Below, piece after piece: positions 1-8,769 of a stretch of 64,000 nt of DNA (its first letter is position 1; every line of letters begins with the position of its first letter). The stretch lies in the NCBI GenBank assembly GCA_965248695.1, contig CBDFKD010000002.1, positions 4,672,001 to 4,736,000 of the forward strand. The letters run 5' to 3'. The notes under the pieces were generated by a model that searched no databases, was not told the origin of the DNA, and was given only the letters and a program-made list of their open reading frames with translations. The stretch is from Acidobacteriota bacterium. Lineage in GTDB: Bacteria; Acidobacteriota; UBA890; WLXD01. The position numbers and the translations under genes are program-made.

Positions 1-1
1 C

Positions 2-613
2 CTGACGACGCGCAGCGACGGCAAGGAGATCCTCGTCGTGGGTCAGAAGTCAGGCGTAGTGTGGGCGCTCGATCCGGACGCCGATGGTGCGGTCCTGTGG
101 TCAACGCGCGTCGGCAAGGGCGGCGCGCTCGGAGGCATTCATTGGGGGATGGCCACCGATGGACAGCTCGTGTACGCGGCCAACGCGGATCGGTCAGATG
201 CCGTGATCGTAGACGTGAACCCTGATCGGCAACCCACGCCGGGCCTCTACGCCCTGGATCTGATGTCCGGCGACGTGGTGTGGAGCGCTGCTGCCCCGAC
301 TGAAACTTGCGCTGGCAAACGAGGTTGTTTCGCGGCAAACTCGGCGGCTCCGACCGCGATCCCCGGGGTCGTGTTCGCCGGTGGCCTCGACGGGCACATC
401 CGGGCGCACTCCACCCGGGACGGGAGCTTGATGTGGGATTTCGATACCGCACGGGCTTTCGAGACCGTCAACGGGGTGCCGGGACGCGGTGGCGCGATCG
501 ATGGCCCGGGACCGGTCATCGCCGGTGGCCTCGTTTTCGTCAATAGCGGCTATGGCGCCTTCGGCCAGATGCCGGGGAATGTGTTGCTGGCGTTTGGCGT
601 GCGCGGTGAATGA
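2..613 (+). CDS. PQQ-dependent dehydrogenase (polyvinyl-alcohol dehydrogenase-like), C-terminal part; 5' end outside window
   Basis: Open frame from window start; PQQ propeller motifs GQKSGVVWALD, GGIHWGMA, GVVFAGGLDG and the typical end NSGYG..GQMPGNVLLAF. Confidence 0.8.
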   Translation: MTTRSDGKEILVVGQKSGVVWALDPDADGAVLWSTRVGKGGALGGIHWGMATDGQLVYAANADRSDAVIVDVNPDRQPTPGLYALDLMSGDVVWSAAAPTETCAGKRGCFAANSAAPTAIPGVVFAGGLDGHIRAHSTRDGSLMWDFDTARAFETVNGVPGRGGAIDGPGPVIAGGLVFVNSGYGAFGQMPGNVLLAFGVRGE

Positions 614-670
614 CGGGTACCGTTGAACGCCAAGCGTAAGGGCTTGATTGAACTGGAAGGGGATTACTTG

Positions 671-1543
671 ATGCCGAGCCGCTTCAGATCACCACTACGT
701 GTCCTCGGGAACGGGTTGGTTGGCGCGTTGATCGTCGCTGCCATCCTGTCCGACTACGGCTGCGCCGCTCAGCCCACCGACATTCCCAGAACCGCCGCGG
801 GCAAGCCCGACATGAACGGGATATGGCAGGCGCTGGGCAACGCGCACTGGGACATCGAGCCGCATCTGGCCCGGCCGGCGCTGGCCATGCAGCCAGGTCC
901 CGTGGTGCCAGTGCCGGCGGCAGAGGTGCTGGCACTGGGTGCGGTCGGATCCGTGCCCTCGGGCCAGGGTGTCGTCGTCGGGGGTGAGATTCCCTACCTG
1001 CCGGAGGCACTCGCGGTGCGCGATGAGAATCGCGAACACTGGGTCGACCGTGACCCCGAGATCAAGTGCTACTTACCGGGCGTGCCGCGCGGCAACTACA
1101 TGCAGCACGGGTTTCAGGTGTTCCAGAGCGAGAGCAAATTCTTCATGGCCTACGAGTACGCCGGGGCCGTTCGCGACGTCTACTTCGAAGACCCGGGCCC
1201 GGCGCAGATCGATTCCTGGATGGGTCAGTCCGTCGGTCACTGGGAAGATGATGTGCTCGTCGTCGAGGTCACGGGTCTGATAGACCAGACGTGGTTCGAC
1301 CGGTCGGGCAACCACCACGGCGCTGCGATGACGGTCACCGAGCGGTACGAGATGGTGAGCCCGGACCACATCTGGTACGAGGCCACGATCGACGATCCGG
1401 AGACCTTCTCGCGCCCGTGGACGATCCGACTGCCGCTGTATCGCAACATCGATCCGGACGCCCGCCTCGGTCAGTTCAAGTGTGTGGAGTTCGTCGAGGA
1501 ACTACTGTACGGGCATCTCCGCAAGAACCCGATCAGCCAGTAG
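671..1543 (+). CDS. Secreted conserved hypothetical protein (PRTxxGxPDxxGxW family)
   Basis: Signal-like N-terminus; motifs PRTAAGKPDMNGIWQ, DPEIKCYLPG, SVGHWEDDVLVVE, YEATIDDP, QFKCVE; paralogous to next gene; start uncertain (623 or 671). Confidence 0.75.
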   Translation: MPSRFRSPLRVLGNGLVGALIVAAILSDYGCAAQPTDIPRTAAGKPDMNGIWQALGNAHWDIEPHLARPALAMQPGPVVPVPAAEVLALGAVGSVPSGQGVVVGGEIPYLPEALAVRDENREHWVDRDPEIKCYLPGVPRGNYMQHGFQVFQSESKFFMAYEYAGAVRDVYFEDPGPAQIDSWMGQSVGHWEDDVLVVEVTGLIDQTWFDRSGNHHGAAMTVTERYEMVSPDHIWYEATIDDPETFSRPWTIRLPLYRNIDPDARLGQFKCVEFVEELLYGHLRKNPISQ

Positions 1544-1552
1544 GGGAGAGCG

Positions 1553-2689
1553 ATGAGACTCCTGAATCGAAGCGTGATCGTCGCGCTCGGCTGTACCGCG
1601 CTGGCCGTGGGCCTGGCGTCGCCGGCGCTGACACAAACCGAGGACGCAACTAGCGAGGCGTGGGTCTTGCCTCGCACTGTGGACGGCCATCCGGACCTGC
1701 AGGGCAACTGGTCCAACGCGACGATGACGCTGATCGAGCGCCCGCCCGGATACGAGCAGGTGCTGACGCCTGATCAGGTCGCGGCGCTCGAGGGGGATCG
1801 AGAGGAGCTCATCCAGGTGCACCTGGCCGACAGCGACCCCGACCGCGAGGCACCGCTGGCAGGAGGGGTCACCTGGTCCGAGGGTGTCAGCAACGAGGCC
1901 TCTTCGACGTACGACCACAGGACGGAGGTCCTGGATCGCGCATCCGGGGATACGGGCGGCTACAACATCTTCTACATCGACCCGGGCGATCACATGGCGA
2001 TCTGGAACGGCGAGGCACGAAGCTCGCTGATCGTCGACCCTCCCGACGGTCGGATCCCGCCGTTGAGTCCGGAAGGGGAGAAGGCGCGCGGCGAGCTGAT
2101 GGCGCACCGGGCGCAGTTCGGCGAGTTCGACAACCCCGAGAATCGGCCGCTCGCCGAGCGTTGCCTGCTGTCGTTCGGCTCCAACGCCGGTCCGCCGATG
2201 GTGCCCAACTACTTCTACAACAACAACTACACCATCGTGCAAACGGCCGATCACGTGATGATCATGACCGAGATGGTGCACGACGCGCGCATCATCAGGC
2301 TGGGTGAGCGCAAGCCGCTGCCGGCGCACATCCGCCCGTGGCTGGGCGACTCCTGGGGCCACTGGGAGGGCGACACACTGGTGGTGGAGACAACGAATTT
2401 GCCGCGCAAACAGCTCAACGCCAACACTAACTTTGCCGGCGGCTCGGACGACTTTACGGTTACCGAGCGTTTCACGCGTGTCGACGAGGAGACCATCAAC
2501 TACGAGTTCACGGTGGAGGATCCGGGGTTGTACAGCAGCGCATGGACGGCGCAAATACCGTTTAAGGCATTGCCGGATATGGTTTATGAATACGCCTGCC
2601 ACGAAGGCAACTACGCGATGTCCAACGTGCTGAGCGGCGGGCGGGCGCAGGAGCGGGAGTCCGGGGACGCGGGAGGAGATTCGAGATGA
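1553..2689 (+). CDS. Secreted conserved hypothetical protein (same family as upstream gene)
   Basis: Sec signal; PRTVDGHPDLQGNW, LAERC, DSWGHWEGDTLVVET, YEYACHEGN; RBS GGGGAG upstream. Confidence 0.8.
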   Translation: MRLLNRSVIVALGCTALAVGLASPALTQTEDATSEAWVLPRTVDGHPDLQGNWSNATMTLIERPPGYEQVLTPDQVAALEGDREELIQVHLADSDPDREAPLAGGVTWSEGVSNEASSTYDHRTEVLDRASGDTGGYNIFYIDPGDHMAIWNGEARSSLIVDPPDGRIPPLSPEGEKARGELMAHRAQFGEFDNPENRPLAERCLLSFGSNAGPPMVPNYFYNNNYTIVQTADHVMIMTEMVHDARIIRLGERKPLPAHIRPWLGDSWGHWEGDTLVVETTNLPRKQLNANTNFAGGSDDFTVTERFTRVDEETINYEFTVEDPGLYSSAWTAQIPFKALPDMVYEYACHEGNYAMSNVLSGGRAQERESGDAGGDSR

Positions 2690-3147
2690 TCACGAAACGA
2701 GTGCAATTGACGCTGGTCGGGGGCATCGCCACCCTCGCTGTTGTCGCCTATGCAGCGCCGCTGCTGGCGCACCATGCATTTGGCGCTGAGTTCGACCGTG
2801 ATGCCCCTCTCCGGTTGGAAGGCAAGATCGTGAAGCTCGAATGGGTGAATCCGCATTCGTGGATCCACCTGGAGGTCATCGGTGAGGACGGCGCCGGCGT
2901 GGTGTGGATGGTCGAGGGCGGCACCCCGAACGTGCTTCTGCGTCGAGGTCTTCGGCGCGATTGCCTGACGCCGGGCACCGAGATCATCGTCGATGGCTAT
3001 CAGGCCAAGGACCACGCGCTCAAGCGCGCCAACGGGCGCGATGTGACCTTCACCGACGGCACCAAGATCTTCATGGGCTCCTCGGGCACCGGCGCCCCCG
3101 ACGATGCCGAGCGCCTGCGACAGCGGCAAGCTCGCGGGAGATGCTAG
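2686..3147 (+). CDS. DUF6152-like secreted protein
   Basis: Signal ending LLA followed by HHAFGAEFD; WVNPHSW; WMVEGGTPN; ATGA overlap with upstream gene. Confidence 0.75.
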   Translation: MITKRVQLTLVGGIATLAVVAYAAPLLAHHAFGAEFDRDAPLRLEGKIVKLEWVNPHSWIHLEVIGEDGAGVVWMVEGGTPNVLLRRGLRRDCLTPGTEIIVDGYQAKDHALKRANGRDVTFTDGTKIFMGSSGTGAPDDAERLRQRQARGRC

Positions 3148-3196
3148 CCCCGGCGTCGGGTAGGAGTTCTCCGGATCGGCCGCGGGGCCGCGATCG

Positions 3197-3670
3197 CTAG
3201 CCGGAGTACCCGATCCAGCGGCCGGCGGCGGCGACGGTGAACCAGAGCGCGATCGAGGCGACGCCGACGAGTCGCGTTCGCGTCGAAGCGTCGAGCCCGC
3301 CGGCGGCGGCGACACGCGCACGGACGGTAAAGCTGAACAGCAGGGCGACCGGCAGGGTCTCGATCTTCAGCCAGAACGCGTCGTTGTAGTAGCACTTGAT
3401 GGGCTCCGACAGGAACAGCAGCAATCCGGTCGTGCCCATCACCGCGAGGGCGCCGAGAAGCCACGGACGCATCTGACCGGCGAGCTCGGCAATCGTCTGC
3501 CGCTTGAGGCCCAATCCCAGCAACCGCAAGTCGACCACCAGCAGCGCACCCCCGAGCGCCGACAGCCCGAGCAGATGCACCGCCTCGATGATGGGGAACA
3601 GCCACAGGGAGTTGCGGACGGCAGTGCCCAGCGCGGTGGCATCGCACCACTCGAACAGCGGCAGCAGCAT
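3197..3670 (-). CDS. DUF6644-like 4-TM membrane protein
   Basis: IEAVHLLG, DLRLLG, YYNDAFWLK, GRWIGY; hydrophobic helices. Confidence 0.75.
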   Translation of the reverse strand: MLLPLFEWCDATALGTAVRNSLWLFPIIEAVHLLGLSALGGALLVVDLRLLGLGLKRQTIAELAGQMRPWLLGALAVMGTTGLLLFLSEPIKCYYNDAFWLKIETLPVALLFSFTVRARVAAAGGLDASTRTRLVGVASIALWFTVAAAGRWIGYSG

Positions 3671-3733
3671 GACGTTACGGCCTCAACGTGTGCAGACGGC
3701 GCAGCTTCGTGGCTCCGGACAATCGATGCGTCG

Positions 3734-4288
3734 TCAAGGCTGGATCACGCACCCGGCTGCCCAGTTGATCCAGTCGGGCTGCGGCTGGATGCTGCAGTCG
3801 AACCAGTTATAGGCGATCAATCGGCCGGTGACCACGATCAGCGCCCAGGCGACCAGCGACACGCCGCCGGCGATCCGTGCTTCAAGGGGCGGCAACGCAT
3901 CAGAGCCCCACTGTGCGACGCGCCGATGCGTGCCGCGATGAAACACGAATGCGTTGAGGCCTGCCACGATCAACAGCAGCACCTTCACGCGGAAGAAGAT
4001 GTTCTGGTAGTAGCGCACCGGGTTGGAGTAGAAAATCAGCAGTCCGCTGATCACCATCACCGCGAAGCCCAGTCGCGTCCACGGCAACAAACGACCGGTG
4101 ACCTCGGACACGGGAACGCCTCGCATGGTCCAACCGAGCAGTCGGAGATCGTTGACCGCCGCGGTGCCGACGAACAAACCCAGGCCGAGGACGTGGGTTG
4201 TTTCCATGAGCGGCCATACATAGAGCGATTCCAGGAGCGCCACGCTCCAGGACGTGCTCGCCAGCCACTCCAGGAAGCTCAGAATCAC
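3734..4288 (-). CDS. DUF6644-like 4-TM membrane protein (paralog)
   Basis: METTHVLG, DLRLLG, YYQNIFFRVK, GRLIAYNWFDC; C-terminal Cys pair. Confidence 0.75.
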   Translation of the reverse strand: MILSFLEWLASTSWSVALLESLYVWPLMETTHVLGLGLFVGTAAVNDLRLLGWTMRGVPVSEVTGRLLPWTRLGFAVMVISGLLIFYSNPVRYYQNIFFRVKVLLLIVAGLNAFVFHRGTHRRVAQWGSDALPPLEARIAGGVSLVAWALIVVTGRLIAYNWFDCSIQPQPDWINWAAGCVIQP

Positions 4289-4305
4289 GTGATGCCTGTC
4301 GGTGT

Positions 4306-4776
4306 CTATCTGGAGCGTGTATCGCTCGGCCGGAGAGTGTCGAGCGCATACGACGCATGGCAGCCAGAGCAGGTGAAGTAGACCTCGGCCCCGGCATCGA
4401 ACACGGCTGCCGTATCCTCAGCCTGCGCCGCGTCGAACGCCACCTGGCCAGCGTCGGTCATTGCCTGCGACCAGCTCATCCAGTCTTCCTCATCGACAGC
4501 GCGGTTCTCGCTCATCAACAGGTTGCCGGACTCACGAATGATGATGGCCGCGTTGCGCACCGCCTCCCATTCTTCAGGCGTGCTGGGCGCGATCTCCTCG
4601 ATACCGTTCATATCGATGATCGTTCCCACCGCGTCCCAGTAGACCTCCGCCGCCGGTTCCACGGTGGCGCCCATCATCTGCTTGACGTTGGCCATGCGCG
4701 CCTCGGGCGTCGTATCGGCGGCGCACGCGGCGACCAGCGCAGCCATGGCGCAGACGGGCAGACGCGCTGCTCTCAT
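4306..4776 (-). CDS. Lipoprotein class II c-type cytochrome (cytochrome c'-like)
   Basis: Lipobox-like LVAAC; helical body; single C-terminal CSGCH heme motif. Confidence 0.7.
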   Translation of the reverse strand: MRAARLPVCAMAALVAACAADTTPEARMANVKQMMGATVEPAAEVYWDAVGTIIDMNGIEEIAPSTPEEWEAVRNAAIIIRESGNLLMSENRAVDEEDWMSWSQAMTDAGQVAFDAAQAEDTAAVFDAGAEVYFTCSGCHASYALDTLRPSDTRSR

Positions 4777-4854
4777 TGCGAGCTCCGGCTTGGTTCGTCG
4801 GGTTCGTAGCGAGACAGTGTAGACGATCGCCGACGAGCGCCTCGGGCGCCGCGT

Positions 4855-4947
4855 TCAATCGACTCTCAGCGCGTCCACCGGGTCGACCCGAGTCGCGCGT
4901 CGCGCCGGCATGAAGCTGGCCGCTAACACCGCGATCACGATGACGAC
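4855..4947 (-). pseudogene. C-terminal remnant of a MacB/FtsX (ADOP-type) ABC permease cut by IS3
   Basis: Minus strand reads VVIVIAVLAASFMPARRATRVDPVDALRVD*, the typical permease C-terminus; ends exactly at the IS left end. Confidence 0.75.
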
Positions 4948-5013
4948 TGACCTGACCCCCGAAAACGGATCCGGATGTAATCTCACGATCTGGGTCAAGA
5001 ACGGGAGGTCAGA

Positions 5014-5292
5014 ATGCCGAGTAAGAGGCACAGCGCCGAGCAGATCGTACGCAAGCTCCGGGAGGCTGAGGTGGAGCTGGCTCGAGGGGCGACGGTCAAG
5101 GATGCCTGCCGCAAGCTAGCAATCACCGAGCACACCTACTACCGGTGGCGGCGAGAGTACGGCGGACTGAAGCTCAACCAGGCCAGAAAGCTCAAGCAAC
5201 TGGAGAAGGAGAATGCCCGGCTCAAGAGGCTGGTGGCGGAAAAGGAACTCGACCTGTCGATCCTGAAGGAAGTGGCGGAGGGAAACTTCTGA
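5014..5292 (+). CDS. IS3 transposase OrfA (HTH)
   Basis: MPSKRHSAEQIVRKLREAE...TYYRWRREYGG...LEKENARLKRLVA. Confidence 0.92.
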   Translation: MPSKRHSAEQIVRKLREAEVELARGATVKDACRKLAITEHTYYRWRREYGGLKLNQARKLKQLEKENARLKRLVAEKELDLSILKEVAEGNF

Positions 5293-6173
5293 GCCCAGCT
5301 CGGCGGCGAGAGGCGGTGGCACATGTACGGGGGCGGCTGGGCGTCTCGGAGAGGCGGGCGTGTCGGGTACTGAAACAACCACGCACGACACACCGGTACG
5401 TGCCAAGAGAGCCGCAACAGGAGCAGATTTTGACGGAGCGGATCGTGGATTTAGCCCGACAGTACGGGCGCTACGGATATCGGAGGGTGACAGCGTTGCT
5501 GCGCATGGAGGGCTGGTCCGTGAACCACAAACGAGTGCAGCGTATCTGGCGGCGCGAAGGGCTGAAAGTACCGAGAAAACAGCCCAAACGAGCACGGCTG
5601 TGGCTGAGCGATGGCTCCTGCATCCGGCTGCGCCCACAGCACCGGGATCATGTCTGGGCGTATGACTTCCTGCACCACCGGACGCACGACGGTCGGGCTA
5701 TGAGGCTGCTGACGATCGTCGATGAGTACACACGAGAAAGCCTGGCGATCCATGTAGCACGGAAGCTCAACTCTGAGGACGTGCTGGAGCAGCTCGGGAG
5801 GTTGTTCGTACACCGGGGCATACCTGAGCACATCCGGTCGGATAACGGACCAGAGTTCACCGCCGAGGCGGTTCGCGACTGGCTGGGCCGGTTGGGCGTG
5901 GGGACGCTGTTCATCGAGCCGGGCTCGCCGTGGGAGAACGGTTACGTGGAGAGCTTCAACGGCAAGCTACGCGACGAGCTGCTGGATGGAGAGATCTTCT
6001 ACACGCTCAAGGAGGCAAAGGTTCTGATCGAGAGATGGCGTCAGCACTACAACCGCATGCGACCGCACAGCTCGCTGAGCTATCGGCCGCCCGCACCCGA
6101 AGCGACGTTGTTGAAGCCGGCTGCGCTCCGCTTCGCCGGCCTCAACAACCTCTTGTCAGCACCGAGTTACTGA
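5280..6173 (+). CDS. IS3 transposase OrfB (DDE/rve), joined to OrfA by -1 frameshift
   Basis: YGYRRV, WAYDF, SDNGPEF, PGSPWENGYVESFNG, YNRMRPHSSL; slippery G-GGA-AAC at 5280-5286. Confidence 0.92.
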   Translation, partial: GKLLSPARRREAVAHVRGRLGVSERRACRVLKQPRTTHRYVPREPQQEQILTERIVDLARQYGRYGYRRVTALLRMEGWSVNHKRVQRIWRREGLKVPRKQPKRARLWLSDGSCIRLRPQHRDHVWAYDFLHHRTHDGRAMRLLTIVDEYTRESLAIHVARKLNSEDVLEQLGRLFVHRGIPEHIRSDNGPEFTAEAVRDWLGRLGVGTLFIEPGSPWENGYVESFNGKLRDELLDGEIFYTLKEAKVLIERWRQHYNRMRPHSSLSYRPPAPEATLLKPAALRFAGLNNLLSAPSY

Positions 6174-6306
6174 GATAAGACATGGTACTAACCGCGGGGT
6201 CAGGTCACTGGCACCACCCTTTTCACGACGAGTTCGCCGGACGAATCGCGCAAGTACTCCAAATCGCCTGCTTGCTGAAACTGTCGCAAACCGAAGGGTG
6301 CAACCA

Positions 6307-6404
6307 GAAGGTGTGTCCGTGGGGTCGACCCTTGCGGACTTCAAATCCGTTGGGGGGCGCCGGAAGGCGTCCTCGCTGGGTTCGATTCCCAGGCGCTTCC
6401 GCCA
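6307..6404 (+). tRNA. selC: tRNA-Sec (selC)-like; 3' two-thirds intact, 5' part degenerate (att remnant or pseudo-tRNA)
   Basis: GCGGA-CTTCAAA-TCCGT anticodon arm (UCA), long variable arm, T arm CTGGG-TTCGATT-CCCAG, end GCGCTTCC-G-CCA; D arm lacks YGGU loop and 5' acceptor pairs poorly. Confidence 0.75.
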
Positions 6405-6431
6405 TTCTTTTCTCCCGTGTTGTCAGTAGTT

Positions 6432-6510
6432 TACGAGATCGCTCGGTGAAGGCGGGATGGGCGAGGTCTACCGAGCACGCGACACGACGCTGGATCGTGA
6501 TGTCGCGATC
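6432..6510 (+). pseudogene. N-terminal remnant of a Ser/Thr protein kinase gene
   Basis: Reads [26 protein letters not shown], matching N-termini of kinases at 35772 and 49024. Confidence 0.75.
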
Positions 6511-6733
6511 AGTTCAAAGGCTGTGGTCGAACGACTTCCCCACTATTTCGAGTACTAGGATGATCGCCGAACGACAAGACGCAACGTTCCGATGCTGCCC
6601 ATGCGGATTGCAGCGTCGTTGCTCATGCTAGCTTAGGCAGTGAGGATGATGGCGGGCACGGGCGGGTCGGAAAGGGCTCCCAGGGAGATGGCGAACCCGC
6701 AGACATCGCGTCCCTCGCTGCATAGGATCCACT

Positions 6734-7564
6734 GTGACCGACTTGATCCACTGCGACTCCGAGACATGCGATCTGCGCGACGACAGGTACACATGGATCC
6801 CGGCGAGTCGATTCTCGATTGCGCAGGGGCTGTCGGACGAGCAGAGACGGCTGTGGAGCGAGTGGGAGCATCTCCATCCGGACCATTACCTCAAGAGCGG
6901 CGCGAGCTTCCGGATGCGGCGTATGGGTTACTTCGAGCTGACGCCCGCCACCGGGGGGCTTCGCTCTCTGAGCCAGGCTGTTTACTACCAGTCCTCTGAC
7001 GTCAACCGATACGCCGGCGGGATCGATCGATCGTTCGCTCCCCTAAGGGACTCGACCATCGCCAACCCGTTTCTCCGGGAGCTCATCCGGTTCGACTTCA
7101 GCCAGTTCCCGGTCGAAGGCTGGAAGGCCGTCAGTACGTGGACCGTCGATGTGCATATGTTCCGGATCATCGGGCAGCCGGACGAAGCCGGCGAGCCGAC
7201 GCCGGAAGGCGTCCACCACGATGGAGATGAGTTCAACGCGGTCCACCTCATCCAGCGGCAGAACGTGGTAGGTGGCGTCAGCGGCGTCTACGACAACGAC
7301 CGGTGTCTGCTTGAGAGCCTCACCCTCCAGGAGCCCATGGACTCGCTACTCCTGTGGGATCCGTACGTGATGCACGGCGTGTCGCCGATCAGACCCAAGG
7401 TGTCTGGGCAACCCGCGATCCGCGACGTCCTGGTCATCGGTTACAACCCGGACCGGTGCGTGGCCTTCTCGGAGGCCGAGGCGGGAGCCCGAGCCGACAT
7501 TACGCACGAGCGAGGTCGAAGTTCTCTGGGCCAGCATGCATCACCAACTGGTTCGACGAGCTGA
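6734..7564 (+). CDS. 2OG-Fe(II) dioxygenase family protein (2OG-Fe_Oxy_2 / BsmA-like)
   Basis: YYQSSDVNRYAGG, VHMFRI, PTPEGVHHDG (HxD), distal HGVSPI, RDVLVI. Confidence 0.8.
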   Translation: MTDLIHCDSETCDLRDDRYTWIPASRFSIAQGLSDEQRRLWSEWEHLHPDHYLKSGASFRMRRMGYFELTPATGGLRSLSQAVYYQSSDVNRYAGGIDRSFAPLRDSTIANPFLRELIRFDFSQFPVEGWKAVSTWTVDVHMFRIIGQPDEAGEPTPEGVHHDGDEFNAVHLIQRQNVVGGVSGVYDNDRCLLESLTLQEPMDSLLLWDPYVMHGVSPIRPKVSGQPAIRDVLVIGYNPDRCVAFSEAEAGARADITHERGRSSLGQHASPTGSTS

Positions 7565-7590
7565 AGCGGCTCGTGCCGACGGACCCGTAG
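7540..7590 (+). pseudogene. C-terminal remnant of a TolB-tailed Ser/Thr kinase gene
   Basis: Reads ITNWFDELKRLVPTDP*, resembling the NWxxELKRLVP terminus recalled for this kinase family. Confidence 0.6.
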
Positions 7591-7731
7591 CGCCCCCAGT
7601 CGCTGCTCTGCGCCTACTTGCGCCTGCTCCCGTTGTATTGGCTGTGCGATTCGGCAAGGATCGGTGATCGCAGGACGCAGTCGAATATTAGTTAGGCAGG
7701 CGGGAACACGGATGCGCACCAGCACACATTC

Positions 7732-7882
7732 TGACCTGACCCCCGAAAACGGATCCGGATGTAATCTCACGATCTGGGTCAAGAACGGGAGGTCAGAATG
7801 CCGAGTAAGAGGCACAGCGCCGAGCAGATCGTACGCAAGCTCCGGGAGGCTGAGGTGGAGCTGGCTCGAGGGGCGACGGTCA
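7732..7882 (+). mobile_element. Partial second copy of the IS3 (left IR plus orfA start)
   Basis: Identical to 4948-5098, then diverges abruptly. Confidence 0.92.
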
Positions 7883-7887
7883 GCGGT

Positions 7888-8679
7888 TCAGCGCCCTTTC
7901 CACACCGGATCGCGCTTCTCCGCAAACGCCTTTGCACCCTCGAGCTGATCCTCGCTGGCATACAGGGCGTCGATGGTTCGGAACTGGCGCCGGGTGATGC
8001 GGTTCATGGCGTCCTGGAACTTCATGTCCTCGGCGTCGCGCACGACCTCTTTGATGGCGGCGTACACCAGCGGTGGACCGGACTCGAGAAGCCGGGCAAC
8101 TTCCCAGGCACGGGCCATGAGCTCGTCCGCCGGCACGATCTCGTTGATCAGGCCCCAGCGGTGGGCTTCCTCGGCATCGAGCCAGCGGCCGGTGAACAGC
8201 ATCTCCATGGCGACGTGGTAGGGGATGCGCTTCGGCAGCTTGATGGAGGCGGCGTCGGCGACGGTGCCTGAGCGGATCTCCGGCAGCGCGAAGGACGCGT
8301 GCTCGGCGGCGATGATGATGTCGGCGGAGATCGCCAGCTCGAGACCGCCACCGCAGCAGATGCCGTTCACCGCGCTGATGACCGGCTTGTTGAGGTCGCG
8401 CAGCTCTTGGATGCCGCCGAACCCCCCGACACCATAGTCGCTGTCGACCGCGTCGCCGTCGGCTGCCGCCTTGAGGTCCCAGCCGGCGCAGAAGAACTTC
8501 TCCCCGCCGCCGGTGACGATGGCGACCCTCAGCTCGGGGTCATCGCGGAAGTCGGCGAAGATCTCGCCCATCGCCCGACTCGTTGCCAAGTCGATGGCGT
8601 TCGCCTTCGGACGATCCAGAGTTACTTGGAGGACCGCGCCGTCGCGGCGGGTATGAACCGAGTTGTCAGCTTGACTCAC
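7888..8679 (-). CDS. caiD: Enoyl-CoA hydratase, carnitinyl-CoA dehydratase (CaiD)-like
   Basis: DRPKANAID, FFCAGWDLKAAA, KPVISAVNG..GGGLELA, FAEKRDPVWKGR; GTG start after AGGAG. Confidence 0.75.
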   Translation of the reverse strand: MSQADNSVHTRRDGAVLQVTLDRPKANAIDLATSRAMGEIFADFRDDPELRVAIVTGGGEKFFCAGWDLKAAADGDAVDSDYGVGGFGGIQELRDLNKPVISAVNGICCGGGLELAISADIIIAAEHASFALPEIRSGTVADAASIKLPKRIPYHVAMEMLFTGRWLDAEEAHRWGLINEIVPADELMARAWEVARLLESGPPLVYAAIKEVVRDAEDMKFQDAMNRITRRQFRTIDALYASEDQLEGAKAFAEKRDPVWKGR

Positions 8680-8769
8680 CTGTGGCTCCTGCCCTGTTTG
8701 CACGCGCCTGGTCCGCAAGTGGAGGCGCAACGTCGCTCAGCCTACCGCGACACGAGCTAGGCAGGTGCT

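Larger units (their letters stand above)
4948..6207 (+). mobile_element. IS3-family insertion sequence, 1260 bp
   Basis: Terminal inverted repeats TGACCTGACCCC (4948) and GGGGTCAGGTCA (ends 6207) with TG...CA ends; orfA/orfB overlap; no clear target-site duplication. Confidence 0.93.

Noticed and set aside
6208-6307. Imperfect 14-bp inverted repeat between IS end and selC remnant
   Set aside because: Only 11/14 match and no second copy; may be chance or an integrase arm site
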